Positions 8,734 through 15,440 are shown, counted from the stretch's first letter. The stretch is 32,000 bases of DNA from a candidate division WWE3 bacterium (GCA_026396615.1 JAPLWK010000004.1:10826-42825), one strand, 5' to 3'. Notes: generated from the letters alone by a model not told the origin. Translations and numbers: made by a program.

Positions 8734-8772
8734 AGGAACGGTGATTCATCCCCACCGTTCCTTTTATTTTTT
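8734..8772 (+). terminator. rho-independent terminator of the permease gene
   Basis: 10-bp stem AGGAACGGTG / CACCGTTCCT followed by a T-rich run. Confidence 0.75.
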
Positions 8773-8789
8773 CTTATTTAATTTGTAAA

Positions 8790-8823
8790 CTGACAAATCT
8801 TAGCACGTGCTGATATTTGTCAG
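8790..8823. repeat. 34-bp dyad unit (TGACA-N22-TGTCA family), near-perfect palindrome
   Basis: CTGACAAATCTTAGCACGTGCTGATATTTGTCAG: 15 Watson-Crick pairs, one G-T wobble and one mismatch out of 17 symmetric positions. It sits between the terminators of two convergent genes. Confidence 0.8.
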
Positions 8824-8887
8824 TGCCTAGAAATAATTATGGGCAGGATGTTTATAAAAAAATCCCCTGCCCTGAAGTCTTGCATCG

Positions 8888-9553
8888 TTACACTGTGAAA
8901 AACTCACGCAAATCTTTGTAATATGCCGCTTTCCCGTGATACTCAACCATCGTACCGCACTTAATACAGCGTAAAATGGACCAACCAGTAACAGAGTTGT
9001 AATGAAGCGATACTATGCCGTTACAGCCAACATGAACACCGACATTCGTGTTTGTGATTTTATCACCGTCGCGGCGATGGTCAACGAAGAAATGACCGTC
9101 ATACCAAGGTTTAGGTTCTACCACGCAATCGCCTTTTTTGGTGAATCTAATTCCTGGCCAAGGCTGACTTCGTCTAATCTCCTTAACCAGCTGCAAAATG
9201 CCATCGTGTCTGACAGTATCTGTATGGTATGTCAGTTCACCAGCCCGAATAACCAAGTTAAAAGCACAGTCCAACCAGCCGGTAGCCCAGACGTGCTCCC
9301 GACGTTTAGCATCCCACACAATCAGATGACTCCAGCTATTTCTCTCAAGTTGCCGATTAGTATCCGCAATCTCCGCGTAAAGAATGCCTTCTTCAGGGCT
9401 GATCTTAGAACCGAAACCGGCCGATTCCAGAACTTCCTTTACCAAGGTCACATGCTTTTTTGTTAGCTGGCTACCTTTGTACCACTTCGAAAAAGCGTCA
9501 TAAAACTCCGCCGCTCGTATCGGAATAACGTCTAAAATGTCGTAACCACCCAT
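8888..9553 (-). CDS. hypothetical protein, 221 aa (possible HNH-like/zinc-ribbon C-terminal region)
   Basis: Intact ORF with SD AAAGGAG. The C-terminal VDHRRDGDKITNTNVGVH...CIKCG loosely resembles an HNH/zinc-ribbon pattern, but this is by eye only. Confidence 0.6.
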   Translation of the reverse strand: MGGYDILDVIPIRAAEFYDAFSKWYKGSQLTKKHVTLVKEVLESAGFGSKISPEEGILYAEIADTNRQLERNSWSHLIVWDAKRREHVWATGWLDCAFNLVIRAGELTYHTDTVRHDGILQLVKEIRRSQPWPGIRFTKKGDCVVEPKPWYDGHFFVDHRRDGDKITNTNVGVHVGCNGIVSLHYNSVTGWSILRCIKCGTMVEYHGKAAYYKDLREFFTV

Positions 9554-9671
9554 TTGTTCCTAACTCCTTTTTTAAATCTGAATTGAGGATATTCTTAACA
9601 CTCTGAGGTGCTGGTGTCAAATTAAATATGTATAACCGATTTTAAATTTCTGCTAACATTAAAACTAGATT

Positions 9672-10127
9672 ATGCCAAACATCAAAATTGCCAAACAAAA
9701 AGCCTGGGAGTTTTATAATAAATGGCGTCAGGAAGCTACTTACTCCCCAGCCCTAAAATGCAATGTCCGAATCTCTCTTAAAGGTTGGAATCATTTAGCT
9801 GGAAATATTGATCACGAAGGTTACGGTAAGAAACGAACGGCCAGTGACGCCTATCGCCGTTTAATGTTGCTTCCTTATGCTAAGGGGATCATCGAAAAAT
9901 CAACGACAATCCAAAATATAATCACTAAAAATGGCCGAACTTTTTATGGAATTGAGGCGATGGTAATAGTCAAAGAAGACGGCAAGGAGCTGCCTCGTAA
10001 AGTCCGAGTAGTATTAATCGAAGACGCAGCTGGAAATAAGATTTTCTACAGCGTTATGGACAAGAAGCAACGCCAGCTTAGTCTAATTAAACTGAGCAAC
10101 AACACTCGGAATAATATCAAGAAATGA
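9672..10127 (+). CDS. hypothetical protein, 151 aa
   Basis: Intact ORF divergent from 8888-9553, ending in TGA and followed at once by a 10-bp hairpin. No recognised motif. Confidence 0.6.
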   Translation: MPNIKIAKQKAWEFYNKWRQEATYSPALKCNVRISLKGWNHLAGNIDHEGYGKKRTASDAYRRLMLLPYAKGIIEKSTTIQNIITKNGRTFYGIEAMVIVKEDGKELPRKVRVVLIEDAAGNKIFYSVMDKKQRQLSLIKLSNNTRNNIKK

Positions 10128-10153
10128 AAATATCTCCCGACTCGGAGATATTT
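10128..10153. terminator. hairpin terminator (possibly bidirectional)
   Basis: AAATATCTCC-cgactc-GGAGATATTT. On the minus strand it is followed by TTTTCATTTCTT. Confidence 0.5.
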
Positions 10154-10236
10154 GTGAAGTGCCTCACGCTTAAGTAGTTGTACGTTAGCGTCATGTAGGC
10201 TAAAAAGCCTATCGCTTCACCTTTCAATTATAACAT

Positions 10237-10257
10237 AAAAATCTGTATTTGTACAGA
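10237..10257 (-). terminator. terminator-like hairpin after tRNA-Leu
   Basis: Minus-strand TCTGTA-caaa-TACAGA followed by TTTTT, 7 nt after the tRNA CCA end. Confidence 0.5.
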
Positions 10258-10263
10258 CTTTAG

Positions 10264-10351
10264 TGGTGCCGGAGGAGGGAGTCGAACCCTCACGCCATAT
10301 TATTGGCACGGGATTTTGAGTCCCGCATGTCTGCCATTCCATCACCCCGGC
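10264..10351 (-). tRNA. tRNA-Leu (anticodon CAA), class II with long variable arm, CCA encoded
   Basis: Manual fold: acceptor GCCGGGG/CTCCGGC, 3-bp D stem, anticodon stem CGGGA/TCCCG with loop CTCAAAA, variable arm GCCA-ataata-TGGC, T arm GAGGG-TTCGACT-CCCTC, then ACCA. Confidence 0.92.
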
Positions 10352-10367
10352 TCAATTTGAGATTATA

Positions 10368-11207
10368 TCATTCCAAAATAACCTCGTGTGACTTTAAATC
10401 AACACCATTCCAAGTCACTTCCAAAAACCGCGGCATTTCGGTGTTACGATCACCTGTGACCGCGCCGACTATGGCCGTCTTTAAGCCATTTTTAACATAT
10501 TCTGTTGCGAAGTGTAAGTGACCTGAAAAAAGCTGTAAGATATTATTAGTAACAAACAACTGACGCAACGTCGCCGCTTCACTGGCTACTTGTTTTGACT
10601 GCTCTCCCATAATATGTGAAGAATTTAAATTATTAAGTGGTTCGTGCAGAAACACGAGACACTTAAGGACGTTGCAATCAGTGACCATGCTTTTAACCCA
10701 AGTCATTTCGGCACTTGGTAAACCGGCCGTTTCGTCGGCGTTGTTGATTAAAATAAACTTGAGGCCAACGTCACTAAAACTTTGCCAGGTGACGCCAAAA
10801 ACGTCGCTAAAAATCGGTGAATTGACTTTTTTAGCCATCCAGACGTCGTGATTACCTGGAATCACGTAATATTTAAGCCCTGATTTATCTAAAGCGACTT
10901 TAACGGCTTCAAGTTCCGCACTCTCACCGACGTTGGTAAGGTCGCCGGTCACGATAACAAACGACATCTTGTCTGACTTGGCATCTTTTAGGGCCCACGT
11001 AAGATGTTCCAGATCCGAGTGAATATCACTCATGACGGCGAATTTAAGTAATGTTGTTTTGGTTACTGCTGACGGGGTCGCACTATTGAGGCGTATAATC
11101 GATGTCGACGTTCTGCTTTTGGTCTGAGTTTTAAAGTATTGATAGGTGCCAAGTGACAGCGTTAAGAAGGCTAAAATAAGAAGTAGGTATTTTAAACGGG
11201 CAGTCAT
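10368..11207 (-). CDS. calcineurin-like metallophosphoesterase with N-terminal membrane anchor
   Basis: Motifs MSDIHSD, VTGDLTNVG, IPGNHD, FLHEPL and SGHLHF. N-terminal hydrophobic LLILAFLTLSLGTY. A TATTAT box sits 6 nt upstream of the ATG. Confidence 0.88.
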   Translation of the reverse strand: MTARLKYLLLILAFLTLSLGTYQYFKTQTKSRTSTSIIRLNSATPSAVTKTTLLKFAVMSDIHSDLEHLTWALKDAKSDKMSFVIVTGDLTNVGESAELEAVKVALDKSGLKYYVIPGNHDVWMAKKVNSPIFSDVFGVTWQSFSDVGLKFILINNADETAGLPSAEMTWVKSMVTDCNVLKCLVFLHEPLNNLNSSHIMGEQSKQVASEAATLRQLFVTNNILQLFSGHLHFATEYVKNGLKTAIVGAVTGDRNTEMPRFLEVTWNGVDLKSHEVILE

Positions 11208-11274
11208 GTCTATATAATAGCAGACGAGCTGTTTTGACTGACTGTTTCGCAGTCAGCGATTAAATTCTTTATAC

Positions 11275-11348
11275 GCCTCTTTAGCTCAATGGCAGAGCAC
11301 CGGTTTTGTAAACCGCAGACTAGGGTTCGATTCCCTGAAGAGGCTCCA
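11275..11348 (+). tRNA. tRNA-Thr (anticodon UGU), CCA encoded
   Basis: Manual fold: acceptor GCCTCTT/AAGAGGC, D arm GCTC-aatggca-GAGC, anticodon loop TTTGTAA, T arm TAGGG-TTCGATT-CCCTG, then TCCA. There is one C-C mismatch at the top of the anticodon stem. Confidence 0.85.
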
Positions 11349-11359
11349 AGAATTTAATC

Positions 11360-11400
11360 TGAAACAGCAGGTCGTCGGTCCAAATCCGACAGACGGCTCC
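11360..11400 (+). pseudogene. 5'-truncated tRNA remnant (3' half only)
   Basis: AGGTC-GTCGG-TCCAAAT-CCGAC-AGACGGC-TCCA has a T arm, a 3' acceptor strand and CCA, but no complementary GCCGTCT 5' strand and no D arm. It resembles the 3' half of the adjacent tRNA-Thr. Confidence 0.6.
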
Positions 11401-11404
11401 ATGC

Positions 11405-11478
11405 GGGCCTATAGGTAAACGGTATACCGCGTCATTCGCATTGACGAGTTCGGGGTTCAATTCCCCGTGGGTCCACCA
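11405..11478 (+). tRNA. tRNA-Ala (anticodon CGC), CCA encoded
   Basis: Manual fold: acceptor GGGCCTA/TGGGTCC including the G3:U70 identity pair, D arm GGTA-aacggta-TACC, anticodon stem CGTCA/TGACG with loop TTCGCAT, T arm CGGGG-TTCAATT-CCCCG, then ACCA. Confidence 0.88.
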
Positions 11479-11485
11479 TAAAGGT

Positions 11486-12571
11486 ATGATAAATATTGAG
11501 ACACGTGATGCCACAAGTCAACCAAGCCTACTGAACCCAGCTGAAATCCCGGTGCTGTTTTCTTCCCATGAAACGGATTTATTTAGTCATGATCCGAAAT
11601 ATCGTGACTATCTCATTGATGTAGATTCGATACCTCAGAATGCAAAGGTGCTAGATATTGGTAGCGGCCGCGGTCAGTTTGTAGCGGAACTAAAAGCCAA
11701 AGGAATCAATGCCATTGGTTTAGATCTTGTGGCTCCCGGTGCCTCCCAAAAACCGGATGTGGCCGGTATTTCTACTCATCTACCATTTGCTAACGAATCG
11801 TTCGACATTGTTACTAACTACTGGGGTGGCCTTACTTATCCGCTAATGGAAGCGATAAACAAAAGTCCGGAGATTCAAAGGCAATATGTAATTGCTTTCC
11901 TTGAGGAACTTCGTGAGGCAATAAGAGTTAGTGGTAACGAGATCCGAATTTATCCTTGGTCGGGTTACCCGTTTTATGAAGAAATCGGGGTTATGGCTTT
12001 CCCTGAGGCATGGGGTCGCACCAACTTTTTGGCCATCAATTTTGGAAAATTATTTACAGAAATGGGACTAACAGATATTCCCGGTAATTGTGAGCCGGTA
12101 GCCAATATGGCTGAATTAGAAGTAATTTTTCAAGAATTAACTCTTAAAAAATCCGGTGTGGTTAATTTTCAGCCACTGGATGATCTAGTAAGTACCATTA
12201 CGGAAACTGATAGAGATCTGTTCTTTAATCCCACAAGTATTCCCAAAGAATTGGGTATAGCTATGGACAGACTACAAACATCTCAAGGTTATATAAATAG
12301 CTATTATCGGCGAGTTAACGATCTTGAAGTAACTATCAAAAATGATGATTTCAAAGATTTTAGCCCTTTGCACATAGATGGATACGTTATTAATAAACGC
12401 CTCGATCCCACTTTTTATGATAAATTTAAAAATAATGAAAGGGCGAGTGCTAATCTATTATTAAAAGCTTGGAGTGTTCAAATAAAGTCAGAGGTGCCTG
12501 AACTAGAAAAAGAAAAGGATGATTTTGATGATCTTTTTATAAACTACGAAAAAGAATTACTAATAAATTAA
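11486..12571 (+). CDS. class I SAM-dependent methyltransferase-like protein with a long uncharacterised C-terminal region
   Basis: Motif I VLDIGSGRGQF and downstream LPFANESFDIVTNYW in the N-terminal 180 aa; the remaining ~180 aa are unassigned. The ORF-track start at 11441 lies inside tRNA-Ala, so the first ATG after the tRNA (11486) is used. Confidence 0.7.
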   Translation: MINIETRDATSQPSLLNPAEIPVLFSSHETDLFSHDPKYRDYLIDVDSIPQNAKVLDIGSGRGQFVAELKAKGINAIGLDLVAPGASQKPDVAGISTHLPFANESFDIVTNYWGGLTYPLMEAINKSPEIQRQYVIAFLEELREAIRVSGNEIRIYPWSGYPFYEEIGVMAFPEAWGRTNFLAINFGKLFTEMGLTDIPGNCEPVANMAELEVIFQELTLKKSGVVNFQPLDDLVSTITETDRDLFFNPTSIPKELGIAMDRLQTSQGYINSYYRRVNDLEVTIKNDDFKDFSPLHIDGYVINKRLDPTFYDKFKNNERASANLLLKAWSVQIKSEVPELEKEKDDFDDLFINYEKELLIN

Positions 12572-12603
12572 CAGTAAGCCTCCGCCGCCAACCCCGGAAG
12601 AAA

Positions 12604-12636
12604 TTGACAAAATGTACAAAATGGCTAAAATGTACA
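12604..12636 (+). promoter_or_regulatory. TA-module promoter with duplicated TGTACA operator-like boxes
   Basis: TTGACA (12604-12609), 16-bp spacer, TAAAAT (12626-12631). The 10-bp direct repeat AAAATGTACA occurs at 12609-12618 and 12627-12636. Confidence 0.6.
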
Positions 12637-12638
12637 TT

Positions 12639-12878
12639 ATGACTAAAACTATTACCGCCACGCAGCTTAAGAGAAATCCGGCCCAACTGGAAGTTGACGT
12701 TACCTACGGTGGAAATACCGTTATCGTCGAAAAACACGGTAAACCGATGTATAAGATATCTCCACTTAGCGAACCTGATGATATGGAAAAAGTGCTAGAT
12801 AAATACTTTGGGATCGCTCCTGATTTTCCCAAGGTCAAACGGTATAAAGAACACCGTCCAGCTGTTAACTTTGATTAA
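12639..12878 (+). CDS. Phd/YefM-type antitoxin
   Basis: TITATQLKRNPAQLEVDV...VIVEKHGKPMYKISPL matches the Phd/YefM antitoxin N-terminal pattern. It overlaps the PIN toxin gene by 1 nt. Start chosen at ATG 12639, 7 nt after the -10 box (leaderless); in-frame ATGs at 12612, 12621 and 12630 are alternatives. Confidence 0.75.
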   Translation: MTKTITATQLKRNPAQLEVDVTYGGNTVIVEKHGKPMYKISPLSEPDDMEKVLDKYFGIAPDFPKVKRYKEHRPAVNFD

Positions 12879-13264
12879 TGTCTTATTTGCTTGATACGAA
12901 CGTCGTAATTGATCATATTCGCAAACGCAGCAGGATTCAACGAGGTTTGATAAAGGACGGCCTCTCACTAAGTATTATCTCATTAGCAGAGCTATTTCAT
13001 GGCGCGGTAAAATCATCAAATAGTAAGTTTAACCTCGAATTAATATATTCAACTATTACTGATTGGAAAATTGAAGTTTTGAAAGTTGATACACCTGTGT
13101 CACTAGAGTATGCGGAAATTAGAAATGAATTAGAAAAGTCTGGGCAGAAACTCGAAAACTTCGACATCTTAATTGCAGCAACGGCCAGAATTTATAACAA
13201 GACTTTGGTCACTAACAATCGCAAGCATTTTGAGAGAATCAAAAATCTAAAAATACTCGAGTAA
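12878..13264 (+). CDS. vapC: PIN-domain toxin, VapC family
   Basis: MSYLLDTNVVIDHI, FDILIAATA and LVTNNRKHFERI place acidic residues as in a PIN domain. TAATG overlap with the upstream antitoxin. Confidence 0.88.
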   Translation: MSYLLDTNVVIDHIRKRSRIQRGLIKDGLSLSIISLAELFHGAVKSSNSKFNLELIYSTITDWKIEVLKVDTPVSLEYAEIRNELEKSGQKLENFDILIAATARIYNKTLVTNNRKHFERIKNLKILE

Positions 13265-14581
13265 TTATTCCGAATGGGAAGTGTCCGCCTCGTAAAAGCG
13301 CGTGCGCTCGCCCCTGAAGAACAAATCGATCTCCCCTGTCGCTCCGTTACGATGCTTACTAACGGATAATTTAATGTTCTGACGGTTATCATCATCCTCT
13401 CGATATAAAAACATAACCACGTCGGCATCTTGTTCTAATGCCCCGGATTCACGAAGATCGGACAGCTGCGGCCGATTATGACCACCGCGTTGCTCGACGG
13501 CCCGGGAGAGTTGTGACAAAGCCATCACCGGCACTTTAAGTTCGCGAGCTATATTCTTAAGCGCTTGGGATATTTCGCTCACTTCTTGTACTCTATTTTC
13601 TAGATTTCGGCCGTGAATAAGCTGTAAATAGTCGACGATGATAAGTTTAACGCCGTGCTCCATTTGCAGCCGCCGGGCTTTAGTGCGCATTTCCATGATG
13701 TTGGCCCCAGCCGTATCGTCTATGAATATCGGCGCTTCAGCCAGCGAGCCCATGGCGTCCCCTAAAAGCGCGAATTCATCATCGGTAAGGTTTCCAGTGG
13801 TAATTTTCCAGGCGTCAATATCGGCCTGAGCGGCTAAAAGCCTGTCCGAAAGTTGCTCCTGACTCATTTCCAACGAGAAAAAGCCGACCGGAATATGCTC
13901 GGTAACGGCGGCGTATTGGGCAATATTTAAAGCTAAAGAGGACTTTCCAACAGACGGCCTGGCCGCCAAAATAATTAAGTTAGAATCTTGAAGACCGGAG
14001 AGCATGTTGTCGAGTTTCTTAAGCCCAGTTGGAACTCCTCGTAAACCACCAGCTTTTTTGTGGAGTTCATCCAAACGATCAAAAGAATCGCTAAGAATAT
14101 TTTTTAACGGTACGAAGTCTTTCCGCAGCGTTTCTTGAGAAACTCCGTACAGCTTCTGCTCGCTGTTTTCAAGGAGTTCCGACAAGGAAACGCGCTCATC
14201 AAAAGCCATTTCGGTGAGATCAGAACTAACGGAAATCAAGGAGCGACGGACGGCCGCGTCCTTGATGATACGGCCGTAGCTTTCCACATGAGCGGCGGTT
14301 GGCACGTCGGCCGCTAACTCCGTGAGATATGACATGCCTCCTACTTTGTCTAGGTTTTGGGTGCGACGGAGTTCTTCCGACAGGGTTAAAATATCGATTG
14401 ACTGATGGGCCGCGTACAAAGTTAGGATAGACTCGTAAATTAGTGAGTTCTCGAATTTGTAGAAATGCTTGGATTCCAAAAACTCCGCCACTTTAATAAT
14501 GGCGTCGCGGTCTAAAAGCAAAGCTCCGAGGACCGAGCGCTCAGCTTCGACGTTTTGTGGTGGCAATTTTGGTTGTGACAT
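13265..14581 (-). CDS. dnaB: replicative DNA helicase DnaB
   Basis: N-terminal PPQNVEAERSVLGALLLD, Walker A AARPSVGKSSLALN, then IVDYLQLI and LSQLSRAVE. Confidence 0.95.
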   Translation of the reverse strand: MSQPKLPPQNVEAERSVLGALLLDRDAIIKVAEFLESKHFYKFENSLIYESILTLYAAHQSIDILTLSEELRRTQNLDKVGGMSYLTELAADVPTAAHVESYGRIIKDAAVRRSLISVSSDLTEMAFDERVSLSELLENSEQKLYGVSQETLRKDFVPLKNILSDSFDRLDELHKKAGGLRGVPTGLKKLDNMLSGLQDSNLIILAARPSVGKSSLALNIAQYAAVTEHIPVGFFSLEMSQEQLSDRLLAAQADIDAWKITTGNLTDDEFALLGDAMGSLAEAPIFIDDTAGANIMEMRTKARRLQMEHGVKLIIVDYLQLIHGRNLENRVQEVSEISQALKNIARELKVPVMALSQLSRAVEQRGGHNRPQLSDLRESGALEQDADVVMFLYREDDDNRQNIKLSVSKHRNGATGEIDLFFRGERTRFYEADTSHSE

Positions 14582-14595
14582 AAAACAACAAATAC

Positions 14596-14626
14596 GTCAT
14601 TCCTGGCTTGACCCGGAATCCAGTAA
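14596..14626. repeat. MITE/REP-like element, solo arm (copy 1)
   Basis: GTCATTCCTGGCTTGACCCGGAATCCAGTAA. The terminus lies 14 nt upstream of the dnaB ATG. Confidence 0.85.
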
Positions 14627-14648
14627 ATCTTGAAAATAATTTTCAATT

Positions 14649-15179
14649 TCAAATTAAAACTACGACCTTCATCTCTTCTTCCTCACCAAATGTCGCCACC
14701 TTCAACTTCGGCGTCTTCTCGACGTTCTCCACTCCCAAATTCTTCAAAAACTTCGGCAGCGATTCCTCGGTAAAATTCTGGGGGATAACGATATTAGGTT
14801 CGAGTTCGGAAATGAGGTCGTCGGGATCGGAAGAAACAGGAATAATAAGAACGTTAACGATATTAAGTTCTTCGGATAATTCTTTAGTGATTTCCGCGGA
14901 GTTCCCAGCCATATAAACGATACTAACGCCCTCCAACTGGATCATGTAAATAACCTCGTTTTTAAGAGGATAACCGTAAACCCGGACGTTTTTGACTTCG
15001 TATTCGCCGGGCGTAGTGATCACGAAGGAATCGATGACGTTATCGATAATTTTTGAGGGGTCAGAAAAGATGGTAATAGCGGTCGCGGCCGTTTCGCTAA
15101 GCTTAGTGGGATTAATGACGATTGCCACGTCGCGGCCTTTGATGCGAATTGAAGTGGCGGAGTTTTGAGAAATTTCCAT
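14649..15179 (-). CDS. degenerate MBL-fold (UPF0173-like) protein lacking the His metal motif
   Basis: FVITTPGEYEVKNVRVYGYP and LEPNIVIPQNF resemble UPF0173/MBL-fold hydrolases. The HxHxDH position reads ITIFSDPSK, with no histidines. A TTGCGT-17-TATACT promoter ends 7 nt before the ATG. Confidence 0.55.
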   Translation of the reverse strand: MEISQNSATSIRIKGRDVAIVINPTKLSETAATAITIFSDPSKIIDNVIDSFVITTPGEYEVKNVRVYGYPLKNEVIYMIQLEGVSIVYMAGNSAEITKELSEELNIVNVLIIPVSSDPDDLISELEPNIVIPQNFTEESLPKFLKNLGVENVEKTPKLKVATFGEEEEMKVVVLI

Positions 15180-15227
15180 AGTTCAGAGTATAACCATCTC
15201 ACTCTAGAGACGCAACAAGTATCGAAA

Positions 15228-15261
15228 TTGACAATTTACTGCTAGAGCAGCTATTTGTCAG
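15228..15261. repeat. 34-bp dyad unit, conserved subtype (copy A)
   Basis: TTGACAATTTACTGCTAGAGCAGCTATTTGTCAG; 32/34 identical to 22089-22122. Confidence 0.85.
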
Positions 15262-15323
15262 CGACTTAAAAATAAAATCGCCACGATATCTATTTAATTA
15301 AAAATAAACACCGTGGCTAAAAC

Positions 15324-15440
15324 CTAAGGAACGAGTGGAATCGGAACGAGTGACGTCGCCGCTAGCATTAACAGATAAATCACCAAAGCCCCGCAAGCAA
15401 CAATCAACAGATTTCGACGCAAGTAATTTTTGAGTTCCAT
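15324..15440 (-). CDS. small membrane protein, 38 aa (below the ORF-track cutoff)
   Basis: MELKNYLRRNLLIVACGALVIYLLMLAATSLVPIPLVP, with one predicted TM. A strong SD (AAGGAGAG) ends 2 nt upstream of the ATG, which begins 8 nt after the stop of the preceding gene. Confidence 0.55.
   Translation of the reverse strand: MELKNYLRRNLLIVACGALVIYLLMLAATSLVPIPLVP

Noticed and set aside
9002-9466. 154-aa plus-strand ORF inside gene 8888-9553
   Set aside because: It is nested entirely antisense within the longer SD-preceded minus-strand ORF, with no start signals of its own.
8780-10263. Integrated genomic island or prophage remnant at tRNA-Leu
   Set aside because: There is no integrase, no phage genes and no direct repeat of the tRNA-Leu 3' end that I could find near 8780-8890. 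Only the accessory nature of the two genes supports an insertion, so this is reported as a hypothesis, not as a mobile-element feature.
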